From positions 54,374,001 through 54,438,000 of the forward strand of contig OX597825.1 of the NCBI GenBank assembly GCA_951406725.2: 64,000 nucleotides of DNA. Direction: 5' to 3'. Shown here piece after piece: positions 26,998-42,649 of the stretch. A program made the position numbers and the translations under genes. Below the pieces are notes generated by a model. It saw nothing but the letters and a program-made list of their open reading frames with translations. It ran no database searches and was not told the DNA's origin. Every line of letters begins with the position of its first letter. The first letter of the stretch is position 1. The DNA is from Octopus vulgaris (lineage: Eukaryota).

Positions 26998-28580
26998 GTA
27001 TATGTGAGAGTACATACATATATACACATACACACATGCACACACCTTATACGACCTGTTATTGTGTAATATTTGCATCGTGGTTTACTGTAAAATTCTA
27101 CATCTATTATATAACAATATTTTATAATGAAGGATGTGTGGTTGGTAGTTGTAAATGCCCGAGTTTATTGCAAGTGAACTGTCACTGCTGTTCTTATTCG
27201 CACTCATGAATTGACTCATTATATTTAAAAGTACCTTGTAAAAATTCTTTCATCATTTTGAATATGTATTCACAAGACACTTCCTCTTTCATGTTTTGAA
27301 GTAACAATTTTCAGGAGAAAAGCGTCGTAATAGATCATTTTACCTTAAAAATATCTTCATTCATTGCATGGATAATGATATAAACAAAGAGCATATTATC
27401 GTTTTCGGCAATTTTATTTTCTCTTGTATGGAATTGTATTGATATTTGTCAAGATGTTTCGATTCCATGATTTACATGGAGTAGTGGGTATTTTGGGGTT
27501 GGTTATGAGCCTTTCCATTATAGTACATATTTGTTTCTTCTTCTTCAGCTTTTATTTCCAAACTAGACAGTACAGTATAGTTCTTTCTGTGTTGTTTGGA
27601 TGCAATGAATTGATTGGTTAGGTAGTGCTGTGTATCAGTGTTGCCGTAAAACTTGTCGGCTTTTAATTGGTTCCGCTTTTAATAATCATGAAATGTGAAT
27701 TACAAGAACTGCATAACTAGGGATGCATAAGTAGGGGCAAATTTCTATCCCATGGCTGTTCTACGTAGCTGGATAAAAACAATTATAAGTTTAAATAGAA
27801 TAAGTGCTGTTGCACGAAATTTTACCAAGTGCTCGAGTGAAAAAGTATTTCACCTGCTATTTTACAGCAGCGTATGTCTATGTTACATCTGTGTAAAGGC
27901 TATTTATGTTGAAAATTATAGGGAGATGTTTACATCTGTATTGGATAATAGAAGCGGCAGAAAAAATCAATATCATCACTGATGCTATGTATATGTGCGT
28001 ATATGTGTGTATATGTGTGTATGCATGTATGTATTTGTATATATGTGTATATGTGCATATATATGTATGTATACAAATTGAGATAGAGATGCATATATAT
28101 GACTGAATGTTGAAGTTGTTTGCTTCGCTATAATTAAATGGTGTTCTCGATTCTGCAGTATATCTGCTTGGGTAAGTTGGTTTGTAGTCTCGATGACCCT
28201 AAGCCTCGTTAGTGATACTATGTAGACGAAACTTTTGAAAATGTAAGTTTGATTTAAATTTCTAGCCATCTGTACATACTGTATAAACCTTATCAAGCCA
28301 ATGATATATGCTAAATGTACAGGTTTCTACAGAATATACAAGAAAGGTTGATAAGTACATGACTTTACCAGTTGATAATACTATTCAATACTCATCGTCG
28401 AAACTGGCGAAAGATCTGTGCTTACTATATACATTTTTACGTATTCAAGATAAAAGTCCGTTCTAAAGTGGTTCCAATGAGTAATGTTTGTTTATTTAAT
28501 CAGAATATTTTAGTTTCTTCAAATTAGAATTTTCAGTGACGGACTCAACCATCTTTATGTAATTTTCTACTTAGCACAGC

Positions 28581-28678
28581 TGACTACACACTGTACTATA
28601 GTTCACTACACACTATCGTTTACTTGACTACACACTATTGTATACTTGACTACACACTATAGCATACTTCACTACACA
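28581..28678. repeat. minisatellite, ~22-bp unit x ~4.5
   Basis: gactacacactatNgtatactt repeated. Confidence 0.9.
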
Positions 28679-28949
28679 GAGATGAAGAGGACATAAAATT
28701 AATGTCACGCCTGCTATACTTCCACATATACAATACAATACAGAATGACTGTACTTCATTCTGCATTATATATGTGTGTATTTATGTGTCTGTGTTTGTA
28801 TGTATTTACGTATGCGTATATGTGTGTGAATCTAATTATGTATTGATATACCAATATAAGTGTATTATCATGTATGCCTTTCTCTTTTTCTCCTTTAGTA
28901 CGTGTGTGTATGTGTAACTCTGTGCATACATTTACGTATGAATTTATAC

Positions 28950-28980
<31 letters not shown>

Positions 28981-29012
28981 ATTGTACATATTTATACATA
29001 TATACACATATG

Positions 29013-29070
<58 letters not shown>

Positions 29071-29151
29071 TATACATATATATATATACACATATATATG
29101 TTATATGTGTATGTGCATATGTGTATATACATACATATATATATATATACA

Positions 29152-29214
<63 letters not shown>

Positions 29215-30066
29215 ATGTATGTATGTATGTATGTATTTACGTATGAACACTACAAATATGAGACAACTCTATTTATACAGTTTAGTCAATTAGTGGAACA
29301 AATATACAATCGTACATACTCGTACGCACACACATACACACATATCCCTGTTTACATACAAACGTACACGAACTCATATTTCATTAAATGATCAGATGAG
29401 AAGGGAAGGGTGAGTCCGTGACCTTTTCGAACCTCCCAGACTGGAAAGTTCGATGTATTTGATCTTCTATTTGAACTTCTATAGAATATCCCATGTGATA
29501 AACTTGTACGTGGTCATTAGATCTGCTAGAAACAACACAGAAATTTTCCACGAATCTCACTCTACAGTAGCAAAAATTGAATGTTACGCTAAATAATAAA
29601 TTTCTCGGTAGACGATGACTAAATATAAGAGAGGATAGTCATGCTTAGAAAACCTATATTTGCCGATTTGCTCTCAAAGACTCAAAGATCTCGCCTGTAG
29701 CTAAACAACGATAACGAAAATAGAAGGAATTCCAGTGGGTACCGTTCTGGAATTGAATAGTTTACAAAGACACTGAGAGGGGATTTAGAAGTAGCATGCA
29801 CTGAGGAATATGGAAACGCAAAATATATAGAGGCCTCAGATACATAGAAGAGATATATAGATAACTAATTTAAAGCAAAACCTATTAGGTTACTATAGTA
29901 CCACGTGGGACTAAATGATGTTTGTATCTACATCATGCCCATATTGTACACACACACGCACAGACACACATACACATATACCTATACATCATTCAATATA
30001 TATCTATCAATCTGTCTATCTCTCTGCCTGTCTCTTTGTCTGTCTATCTATTTGTCTATCTACCTG

Positions 30067-30130
<64 letters not shown>

Positions 30131-30157
30131 AATATCTATCAATCTATATCTTTTTCT

Positions 30158-30540
30158 TTGCTTTGCAACCACATGATTCCTGTTTCAGTCATACTGCGTG
30201 GCAACTTGGTCGAGTATCGTCTACTATAGTTCTGAGACGACCAAAGCCTTGCGTGTCTATTCATGAAACTGAAGCTAAAAGCAGCCGTTCCATGTGCGTG
30301 TCTATCTCTTTGTATGTGTGTGTATGTCCTTGTGTGTGTGGGGGGGGGCGTTTTTGTCTCTTACCACCACTGGAAAACTGGTGCTCCAGTGTTTACGTCA
30401 GTATAACATAACAGTTCAGCCAAAGAAACCTACAGAATAAGTACCAGGCTTAAGAATTGAAGTTCTGGAGTAAATTGGTTCCACTAAAATTCTTCAAGGA
30501 GGTGCTTCAGCATGGCCGCAGTCTAATGATAGAGACAATA
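30158..30540 (+). mobile_element. SINE family A, diverged
   Basis: collinear with 35285-35699. Confidence 0.8.
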
Positions 30541-30558
30541 GATAATATATATATATAC

Positions 30559-30589
<31 letters not shown>

Positions 30590-32407
30590 TAGGGGGGGGG
30601 AGAATAAACAGCACAAGCATGAAACACTTGTATTCACAACTCCAAGGTTCTCGATAGCGTTGGATGCAACCTTTTCCTTCATGAATAATATATACGTTAG
30701 TGGACGTATTTGGTTGACTAGGAGACAGATTGAAGTTAACGAAACGGTTGTCCGCTTGTAACCCTGGCTACACAACACTATAAATATGCTTGGACATGAC
30801 CCGCAAAACATATGCAAACACACACACCCCACATACTCATGCACCCACAACAGGCATGTCGAAAAACCGATGTGTAGCAACAAAAGAAGTAGGTCTACAA
30901 TATGGTCGGAAATAAGGGACTAAATTTATCAAATGAAACAAGCATGGAACATTTACTTTCTGGGCTCCGAATCACTCGATAGCATTAAATGTGAATTAGT
31001 CGATCCTCGCTATCGTTCCTCAGTTGCCCTACCTTAACATGTAGATTTGTAGAATACATAAGATGGGATTTCAAGTACGACTGACTCATATGATTATGTA
31101 CGGATACCTTTGTATTTTTTATACATAAATGCATGATTAATGCATAATCATAATACTAAAGAACTTCAGGCTACACAAAATTAACCTTTTTTACCTACTT
31201 ATAACTGTATTGATTGTGTTTATTCCTCGATTGATTGTAACTGACTACTGAAGTCATTACGCTTAGCCAAAAATCCTAATATAAATTTCTGTAAAAATTG
31301 AGCTGAATATTATTTTAAGGCCTGTTTTTGTTTTAAATATGAAATGCGTTAATTTAACATCAAATACAACTGTACCACATGTATAAGACACGGCTGGATA
31401 TGTTCAAAATTATCTGTGTAAGACATTGCGCTGACATTGGTCGCCAATTCTTTTATCAAATCTGAGTTGATAATTGTGTATTATGGGAAATGAAACAATG
31501 AAACATTTGTCTTTTTGTGCTTTTTTTCCCTGATTTCTGAAGTTGTAAATATAAGATTTGAGATTTAGTCAGCTTGTGAATATGTATCAAATACCATTAT
31601 CCAGTTGTAACTCTCCAAATAGCTAATATTTTGAACGGTTTCGCTGGTGGCAATAGTTTTCCCTCACCCATTTACCTTTATTTATAGACCCCACTTTCAT
31701 TTCAACAAAATACCCCCTCTGTAAAGCATAGATTTTCTAATGTTATTTTGCGTGCACAATTCATTCATTTTTCAGCCTTTTGATTCATATTTTTATACTA
31801 ATACACGATATTCTATACACACATATATTCGTTTGATATATAAACCCATGGATCATTTCACTCATTCAATTCCTTCTTTAATCTCTGTTCCCCATATTTC
31901 CAAATTGTATTTCTTTGTATTCAGATTATCAGTTTTGTTAACGAATGAGATCCAACTGACTACCTACGCAAGAACTCAAAATCAGCCAGAATATATGACC
32001 ATATTTCGACATGTACAGTAGATGCCAATTTATTTTCATTCCATTTAGCTTAATGGCTTGAGAATTGGAAGTGCAAAACTCAGAGTAACTAGAAGTCAAG
32101 TTTGAGATTCCAATAAATGTACTGTGTCAATTTATATAGATTCACGTTTGATATATTTAGTTAATGTCATGGTTTACCTAACGCCAGAGCTTAGTCGACC
32201 ACAGAATAATGCAAGCCAAACCCTGTTCCCTTGTCACTATATTTTAAAACCGCGATTATTTCTGATGTGGAAAATATTAGAAATATTCAGACTCACTTTT
32301 GCATTATTCAACTATGTCGCCATAGACCTTACATAATATATATGTAGGATACATATATACAAACACACAAACACACACACATATATACATATATATATTT
32401 GTGTGCA

Positions 32408-32456
<49 letters not shown>

Positions 32457-33084
32457 GTATGCAAGTATGTTTATATGTATATATGCAAGCAATAAAACAG
32501 TGTCATACACATCATCTGTTGTTTTCAGCACTCTTTGTTTTCGTCCACTTCACAATAATCCAAAGCTTATAAACCATGTGTGTTCATATATATATATATA
32601 TATACATATATATATAGGTATATATGTATGTATATGTATATGTATTTATGTATGTATGTATACACATTTAAATGCATATGCTCCTATACAAATGCACGCA
32701 TTGTTCTGAGTATGCATGTGCGTATATGTATATGTATGTGTGTGTGTGCGAGTGCAGATATTTATACATGCGGAGATTATTCAGTATGCGTACCTATTAT
32801 ATATACTTGTGTGTATTATGTATATCATAACATCATATCAGGATATATTAATATGTGGATATCATTCTGTGTTTCATTGTACCGAGTGTGAGTGTTGTAT
32901 ATATGTGTGCGCATGAATGTGTGTGTGTGCGTATGTGTGTATTGTTTGTGTGTGTGTGTGTTTCTGTATTTAAGTGGATGTACATGTATGTGTAATTTTT
33001 GATATGTGATAACATTTACGTGTGTGTAAATAATAGAAGGGTGTTATCACATTTGTGCTTATGTTTATATGCGTAAATGTATGT

Positions 33085-33452
33085 TCTCTTTTATATTCTT
33101 CTATTTGTTAGTCATTTGACTGCGGCCATGCTGGAGTGCCGCCTTTAGTCGAACGAATCGACCCCTGGACTTATTCTTTGTAAGCTACTACTTATTCTAT
33201 CGGTCCCTTTTGCCGAACGGCTAAGTGACGGGGACAGAAACACACCAGCATCGGTCGTCAGGCAATGGTGGGGTAAACACAGACACACAAACACAAATAT
33301 ATATATATGTTGTCTCTCAAATCCACTCACAAGGGTTTGGTCGGCCCGAGGCTATAGCAGATGACACTTGCCAAAGGTGCCATGCAGTGGGACCGAACCC
33401 AGAATCATGTGGTTGCGAAGCAAGCTTATAATCACACAGGCAATCATGCGCT
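33085..33452 (-). mobile_element. SINE family A
   Basis: reverse complement of 35285-35699 with an internal deletion. Confidence 0.88.
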
Positions 33453-33793
33453 TATGTAACTTAATGTAAATTATTGTATGTGTGACTAAATACGTGAACT
33501 GTTATTGTGTGCGTGAATGCATGTGTGTGAATGCGCGTGGGGCGTGTACGTGTGCCAGTGTGCGCATATGTAACGTGTGCGTGAATGTATGGATGTGTAT
33601 AGATATATGTATTCTGGAATTTTTGTATATCAGTAAGAATGAATGAATGCTTGTATAAAGTGTAAGAAATTAGGAATATATATATATACATATATACATG
33701 TATGTGTGTATATATATACATATGAATACATATCCATTCATATACACACACATATATGTGTGTATGCATACACACGCATGCACACGCACTGAT

Positions 33794-33825
<32 letters not shown>

Positions 33826-34741
33826 CGTATATGTGTGTGTGTGTGCCTGTGTATGTCTGTGCATGTGTGTGTGCACGTATGTGTAAGTAATAGTTTTCGC
33901 ATTTGTATATACCTGCAATGTATGTGTGAAAGTGTATAGGTGTCAATATTCGTAATATAGATAGAGTGCACACATACGTGTGAGAGTGGACTAGCTATTT
34001 CACTCCGCAACCTTTCTTCGACCACTCTTTCATTTCATCTCTATCTCTATCTCTCCCCCTCTCTAATTCTCTCTTTCTCTCTCACACTATTCCTCTGTAC
34101 AATCTGTCACCCGCTCTCTATATTTCTTATGCCTCCCACTACCTATTTCCCTCTAAACACTCCTACTCTCTCCTCTATCTGACTTCATTCTCCCACTTTC
34201 ATCTCTACTAAACTATTCAGTTAATCTATTTCCGAAATACCGTCTGAACATCTCCTCCTTCCATGAATATTTTCTCCGTTTCTTTTCTTTTCTTCCTTTT
34301 CTTCTTCATTTCTTTCCTTCTTTTCTTCTGTGTTTCTTTCACTTCTTTCTTCCTTCCAAATCCGAAGTTCCCTCCCACCTGCCACCGTAATCACCTCGAT
34401 TCTTACCCTTTGTATGTATCTCCCACTCTCATTTCTCTCCTCCTTTGTCTTTGTATATATACGTGTGTGCACGTACGTATGCATGGATGCATACATTTAC
34501 ATATGAATATATGAGTTAGTGTGTAAATGTGTGTGCATGTGTGTGTGTAAGTGTGTATGTATGTGTGTGTATAGTATATTTGTACATACATACAGAGAGA
34601 GAGAGAGATACAAGCATACATGCATTTACATAAACTCACTATTCTTTCCTTTATGCATTTATCTGTGTATGCACGCGTCTATGTATGTACGTAAGTACGT
34701 ACATGTGTGTGTGCGTGAGTGAGTGTGTGTATTGTATATAT

Positions 34742-34783
<42 letters not shown>

Positions 34784-35233
34784 GCATACAAACATGCGTA
34801 CATATACATATATACACATATATTCTTTTATAATTTTACTAGTTTCTTAACATCAACTAACATCACAACATTTACTTCTGCGACCTTGAAGTCCAAAGGA
34901 AAGTCTTTAATCTAGCACGGCGCCACCGTGATACACACACACGCACACACACACACGTACACACACACAAACACAAATACACACACTCATACACACACAC
35001 ATGTACACTCTAATTATTCACTCTCTTAATGCTTTACATCATTATATCGCATTGTATTTCAATAGATATTATAGTGTACTTGATTCAAATTTATCAAATC
35101 AATATTTATTTCCCATATCTGTTATTTCTAGTGAAATTGACGCGTATTTTTCCTCTCTTCTGACTCTATATTTCACCTTTCTCTCTTTCTCTTTTCCTAC
35201 CTTTCTCTATCTTCTTTTTCTGTATATACATGC

Positions 35234-35284
<51 letters not shown>

Positions 35285-35286
<2 letters not shown>

Positions 35287-35697
35287 CGCAGGAGTGGCTG
35301 TGTGGTAAGTAGCTTGCTTATGAACTACATGGTTGCAGGTTCAGTCCCACTGCGTGGCATCTTGGGCAAGTGTCTTCTACTATAGCCTCGAGCCGACTAA
35401 AGCCTTGTGAGTGGATTTGGTAGACGGAAACTGAAAGAAGCCTGTCGTATGTATGTATATATATATGTATGTGTGTGTGTTTGTGTGTCTGTGTTTGTCC
35501 CTCTAGCATTGCTTGACAACCGATGCTGGTGTGTTTACGTCCCCGTCACTTAGCGGTTCAGCAAAAAGAGACCGATAGAATAAGTACTGGGCTTACAAAG
35601 AATAAGTCCCGGGGTCGATTTGCTCGACTAAAGGCGGTGCTCCAGCATGGCCGCAGTCAAATGACTGAAACAAGTAAAAGAGTGAAAGAGAGTAAGA

Positions 35698-35699
<2 letters not shown>
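35285..35699 (+). mobile_element. tRNA-headed SINE family A, best-preserved copy (octopus-like)
   Basis: A box tggctgtgtgg (35295-35305), B box ggttcagtccc (35338-35348), internal (TA/TG) tract, (AAGAGT)-like tail; about ten related copies or fragments in the window. Confidence 0.92.
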
Positions 35700-35743
<44 letters not shown>

Positions 35744-35815
35744 GTATGCATATATGCATGTATGTATATATAAACACATACATATAAGCATGTATATATA
35801 GGCATATATATATAT

Positions 35816-35864
<49 letters not shown>

Positions 35865-36669
35865 CATATATTATATATTATTTACACATATTATATATTT
35901 GTTCGTATCCAGAAACGCGAATAGACACAGACATACATACAGATGTATGTGTGTGTGTGAGGGAATGTATGTCTGTGAGTGTGTATGTGTGTGAATGTGC
36001 ATACATGTATAAATGTTTAATACATATATGAATATGCGTCACTGGCCACCCTTATTTATTTGTCTTGGATCATTTGCGTTACATTTATGCAAAGTACCTA
36101 GACAATATATATGTTCTACTATTTTTTATATATGACTAAGTTACTCGCCTCCTGAAAATACGGTAGTACAGTTTCTGTGCTAACGAGGATTATTGAGGCA
36201 GAAACATATGTCTATCTCTGTGTTGTTGTCTTCAGACAATAAGGCTATTGATTTTCTTAAGTAACATATCAAATACGTAGTGAGTGATTCCTTAGATTAT
36301 TTAACCTTTTTATCTAGGACTGTAACGATAGCAATCAAGTGATTGCTCTACTCTCTCTATAATAGTTTTATGTATTGTATCCTTATTTGTCTTTGTTATT
36401 AACATATATGTCACTGTCAACCTCGAGTTATTTCTTTTAGCTCATTTTCGTTTCCTTTTTAGATATATGCATTGCTTTACCTTAAGCCAGTCGCTTTCCG
36501 CGGACATGTATGGCTTCGAAATATGCACCACGCTTCCGCTAATTGTTTTGGTTTACTATGTATTCTCAAACAGACATAAACCCCCACTCTCTTGACTCTC
36601 CACCCTTTGCCCCAGTGGCACATTCGGAATGTGACAACTACAAGGAGAGAGAGCAGCACCAGCGAGAGT

Positions 36670-36815
36670 TGCATTCATTTACAGCTGAACAGAGGGAAGC
36701 AATGAGAAATAATGTGTAATGCTCCCGGGTATATTGCGCATCCTTTCCTCGTGTTGATCCCATGACGTTATAGTCGGAAATCAAACTGCCTAATCACTAG
36801 ACTACTACTCTTCGT
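36670..36815 (-). mobile_element. SINE family B head, decayed
   Basis: reverse complement resembles 9520-9660 (cagctga...agcaa.g.gaaataa.gtgt...gctc). Confidence 0.5.
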
Positions 36816-37391
36816 GCCCACACACAAACGCACGCACACACACGCTGGTGTATGTGGCTGTATATATTTGTATATGTTCGTAAATATACCATAGTACCAT
36901 TACTTTATTCGACCAAGTTACTTTCTTTCCATGAATTTAACTTTTACCGAGCAAATGTCCCCAGATTCATTCATCCGTTCGTAATGTAGTTCTCAATACG
37001 AATGAGGGAGATAGAAAACAACACCGTTGAATTACAATACGATACTTGGTGAAGAATCGATCACAGTAGAGCAATGGCATTTGTTGACTTCATTGGACAT
37101 TGTTATTTTCAGAGGATTTGAACTCATAGACAAGCGACTCATAACAAATACCTACAAGGTACTGCAGTTTATACAGTACTCTAACAGCCGTGCCAATCTG
37201 CATCTCTTTCTCCTCCTCCTTCTCTTCCCCTGTATATATGTATGCATATATTCTTTTATCCTTTTACTTGTTTCAGTCATTTAATTGCGGCCACGCTGGA
37301 GCACCGCCCGTATATTTGTAAATCTATGTATATATGATTTTCCAAATGTAAATGTATATAAATATACATATAAGCATATATGCACACGCAT

Positions 37392-37425
<34 letters not shown>

Positions 37426-37448
37426 CAATCACACACACACACACACAA

Positions 37449-37490
<42 letters not shown>

Positions 37491-38084
37491 TTATGTATGT
37501 ATACTAAATATATTTCTTCTCACTACATCTGGTAGTTTGTGAGTGCATTCTCCTTCATATGTTCAGGCAGCTTCTAATAGTGAGACCAACACATTTCGAG
37601 CCGATTGTAGCATGTTCGACATACGAAGGTTTCGTGCCGCTAGATATCAAAGTTATCTTCCAGAAAGCTTTTAGTGCTGAGTTCGTTTGTCTTCTGTATC
37701 TTCAGTCAGCTTTCTTCAGCTGGCTTTTCAACCATTAATTTGACTATTCGGGTACTCTAGGTTAGAACTGATTACGCTATAGAAGTGTGATGAACGCGAA
37801 CCAAACATGCTCCAAGTCAGCTGACGTCAATATGCAGTGGATCTACTGCTAGTACTATGGGGTTTTTGTGTGAGGCATCCGATCAAACTGGGTATCTCAA
37901 AGATCTTCGACTGACAAGGTACCTCCAGAAATATGATCTCATTCCATCAACCACTCATGTAGCAAAAGTATAAAAGCACCAATGTTTTCGTGGTAATTCA
38001 TAAAAACACGAACTATTAAATTGGCAAAATAAGGAAGCTGGTCTAAAAGATATTTGTGGTGAAGACAAATAAGAATGCAAATAA

Positions 38085-38296
38085 TAATGATTTCAAATTT
38101 TGGCACAAGACCAGCAAATTTGGAGGAGGGGATTAGTCGATTACATTTACCCCCAATATTCATCTGGTACTTATTTTATCGACCCCGAAAGGCAAAGTCG
38201 ACATCGGCGAAATCTCAAGTGCGAATGTAAAGTCGGACGAAATGCCGCTTAACAAATTGTCTGTCGCCGTAATGATTCTACCACATTGCCACCTTA
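38085..38296 (-). mobile_element. SINE family D
   Basis: ctggtacttattttatcgaccccgaaaggcaaagtcgac is the reverse complement of the family core. Confidence 0.85.
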
Positions 38297-38654
38297 ATAT
38301 TATGAATCATAATGCCAGACTTAAATACTATATTTCAGTGATATATAAATCACTTTACCTTGTATATATCTGGTGTCAATAAATAAATTCTTACCAAGTA
38401 GTGGGATTTCAAGTGTTAAGCTTAGACATATTTTGAAGAAGGATGATATAATCGAAAATTTAGAGATGTGAGAATTGAATAATTGATATAGTAAAACTGT
38501 TTATTCTCAGCTTTTTCCAATCACTACTTTGTTTCTATAAATTATTTAATTAACACATGTTTTAAGTATACACACAGGAACATACACATATGTGTACATT
38601 ATGCATATGTGATTGTGTGAGTATACGCATTTACACAGACACAGACACACACAC

Positions 38655-38704
<50 letters not shown>

Positions 38705-39471
38705 CTCTCTCTCTCTTTCTCCCTATCATATAGCGGTTTGTTTATGTGTGCACGAAAAAACTCAGACATCTACACTTATCACATATTTAAAACCATATAG
38801 CCGTATGCATGCATATTTGGTACACTATATATGAACGTGCATATACATATATACATATAATACATATATGTACGTGCACATGTGTTTTTGCAAGTATGTG
38901 TATGTACGTGTGTAGGTGTGCGCATCCTTCTATACACATATACGCAAGCAAAACCATTCACATACGTATACATTCTTATATAAAATTAGAGAGATAGAAA
39001 TCTGCGAGCACGTTCCCACCATGCCTTATCGCTGAAATAGGTAATAAAAGCTAATCCAATTTCTTGAATGCTCTTCTTGACTGAGATATATATTCTCCCT
39101 ACCCTCCACACATCTCTAACCTTCTTTCAACCACCCACTATTAATAACATTCATAGAAATTTCTCATACTATTGCATTTCCTTATATTTCCAAGTTTATT
39201 CAACTTTTAATCCTTCTCCTATAATCTACTTATGTATTTATTCGCCGTATATTGATGTCTTTTCATACATATTTTCTCCGTTCTCCTAAACCCACACCAT
39301 TCGCATGTTCTCGTCACGATATTTTACGCCAGCAGTGGTTAACACTCCTTTTCGATTTTTGTCCTTTATCAGGATTCATGCTTGCATAAGCACACGCATG
39401 CGCATGCGCAGGCATATGCACATGTATAAATATATATAATGGCATGCACGGCCACCCACTCCATCTCTCTA

Positions 39472-39508
<37 letters not shown>

Positions 39509-42238
39509 TGCACAGACACATATACACAGCTACATACTAACGTACACACGCAGTGTATATATGTGTGCACGTACTTGCAAGTACACATACACATACACAT
39601 TTATGAGTGTGCATGTTTATATGTGTGTGTGTGTGATAATATTCTATATTATGTACATGTATTTATGTGAACATGTATGTGTATATATGTATATAGAGAT
39701 GCGTGCTTGTTTGTGTGTGTGTGAGAGTGCTTTGTGCATGCATATATATATATATATACAACATGCTTAAGTTCACTCATATAAACACGCCCCCGCACAC
39801 GCTATTACATATGTATACATGTGCGCGTGTGTATGTGTATATGTGTATTTTTACATACATATATATACATATACATACATGTACACATGCATCCATGTTT
39901 GTGGATGAAAGCATGCGCATATGTATGTGTATATAGACACGCGTATAAACTCGTAGCTGTTGATGTGTTACACACGCCTAAAGCTTATATCTTGAATGAC
40001 ACGATTTGCTACATTTTTTGTGTTTCATTGCCAACTTAGTACAACAGTTTCAATTGAAATGAAACATTAAATCGCACAAAACTCAATTCATAAAAAAATT
40101 CCAAGTACTAAAATTTATCTATTTAATTTTTCACACTTGTCCTCGATCACTGAAATATTCGTGCACGTCGCCTTGTATTTGCTTTACTTAAACATGCTAT
40201 TCTATACAACTGAATTTTATGTCTCACTCTGTTAGAGCTAAAATGGAAATTCCACATGCTATTGAAGCAAATAGATTGTTTTTATTGTGCATTACTACTG
40301 ACTGCACATATATTAGAATTCTAATTGTTTGTGTATGAGATAATATATATGCATGTTTTATACGGATTTTCACATATTTCATTCATAACACAGGTTGATA
40401 TAAAAAAAAGAAATACCCCAATCACTGACTGTTCAGCATGGTGTTTCGTAAATCTTTTTCATTCCAGCTGGTCTTGGCTTTCTCTCAAGTGGGAATAACT
40501 CTCCCTTATAAGAAGCAGCTCTACTATAATATATACAATTTTTCTTAGGAATTCTCTCCTGTATAACTTGAAACCATATAGTTTCTGTTAATTTGATTTT
40601 CTCTACATTTATTACATCAGATGAGATTTTCTGTAGGGAACTTTACAAGTGAATGGGTTATGCGATTCAATAGAATCCAGCACAAGGAATTCTAATTATT
40701 ATATTTTGTTTTGTTTTGTTTTGTTTTTTTTCAAAGGAGGAAAAGCAGTGATCATGACTTCTGGGGTTTGAGTGTAGCTTCGGTTAGCAGACCCGAGTGT
40801 TTGCAACACAGAAGACCTCTGTCTTAATCCGGGAGAAAGACAAAATATCTACCCAAGTACGCCATGGCAAAATTGGACTTCAGAAGGCAAGTAACTAGGA
40901 CTACTACCACGAGGCATCTGGTTCGAGAAAAGTTGGTAGAGATTGTGCCGATAGCAATATATCATTCTTTTGATGAAACCGTCGAAAACTTATCCACTTT
41001 CGACAATGCTTCCTCTATACTAGAAGACATTATTCAGATATTGCGAATTGATGTTGTCCTTAATAGATATCAGAAGCAAACGTCAATGGACATACATCAG
41101 GTGGGTCTCGAAACTGAGTAAAGCACAAGACACGCAAGGACGTTGCGTATGGTCATAGAGCACCCACTGTTAATAACGAATATTAGCCTTGCATACCTGT
41201 ATCAATTGATATAAATTATAAATATAAAGATAGTCTTGTTAGTTTGCAATATTAAATGGCTTCTACATTAGTATTTGGAAAACGAAAGAGAAGTAGATAC
41301 TTTATCAATATTTTAACTGAAAGTTATGGTCGAAAGAAAGCATTTTTTTTTGTAATGGTCGATTACTATAATTGTAAAATTTAATACAGTTTAGGGAATC
41401 ATGCAATATATCATGCTATGGTAACATTAACATTATAACTTTCATAAGCAAGAAGGACATTTTTTTGTTGACTTTTATCTCGTGAGAATTTAAATATTCA
41501 GTAATGCTCTAGTGACAACTTGAAAACTAGAAATTCTGGACTAGCTTTAACACTCTCATAAACGTCATGAACATATCGTCAGTACATGGATAGCTTTACA
41601 TTTTAGTTGCCCATTACCTTCAATATTCTACGTATAAAAGTTTGCAAAAGTAGGTGCAAAGGGGAAACCACTTATACGCCATTGGTGTCCATGTCGAATT
41701 GGCTAATGTTTCTCAATACCAATTTTGTGTGGAGAGTACTTTGACTGTTTAATATTCCTTATCATCCATAAACACTAATGGAGATTTTAATGTTTCGCTG
41801 ATATAATATTTCAGATTTTACTGGCCTCTCTACGGAAAATTTATTTATCGCCAGAGTATTCTGATACGTTTCGACTTCAGTTGCTAAACATACATGTTTA
41901 CTTCAGGTTTTAACAGGAATTCAGCTATACTAGAGAATCTAGGTATATATCACCCCCACCTTGCCACGTCCGATATTCTCGCCATTTTTACTTTGGTTAG
42001 CCATATTACTGGGTTTTGTTTCAATAGTATATACCCTACACTAAGTACTAAACCTGATCCTTCCTCTGCAAAATGTCAAAATTATGGGGTTCACTTAACT
42101 CCCTATATTTTACTAGCATAAGGGGACTGACGGATATTTCAACTGACTCATCAATTTTAGCACTGTGATGGAGTAACGACCTGTAAAAGTGTTCGTCTCT
42201 TTATTATTATTATTATTATGATTATTATTATCATTATG

Positions 42239-42291
<53 letters not shown>

Positions 42292-42316
42292 TACTACTAC
42301 TACTACTACTACTACT

Positions 42317-42536
42317 AAGGCGGTGATTTGGCAGAATCGTTAGCACATCAGGCAAATATGTGGTAGCATTTCGCCTGCCTTTACGTTCTGAGTTTAAATT
42401 CAGTCAACGTTGATTTTCATCCTTTCTTTCGGGGTCGATAAAATAAATTCCAGTTGATCAATGGTATGGATGTAATCGACAAACCTCTCCCTCAAAATGT
42501 CAGGGCTTGTGCCTATAGTTGAAAGGATTATTATTA
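42317..42536 (+). mobile_element. SINE family D
   Basis: aaggcggtgatttggcagaatcgttagcac...tttcggggtcgataaa; matches 48719. Confidence 0.88.
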
Positions 42537-42649
42537 TCCTCTTCAAATTTCCTTGCTCCGGTTAATTATGTAACAGCGGACAGCATCCTGTTGTCAAAGA
42601 TCGCAAGGGGTCTCTTTTTACGATGACCCAGATACCGACCGAGATGATA

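Noticed and set aside
40864-41121. 85-aa non-repetitive ORF
   Set aside because: No recognisable domain or splice context; compatible with chance or a decayed TE
41640-42120. Possible I-clade LINE RNase H/zinc-finger relic
   Set aside because: Only vague motif spacing (P..C....LT.YIL); too decayed to call
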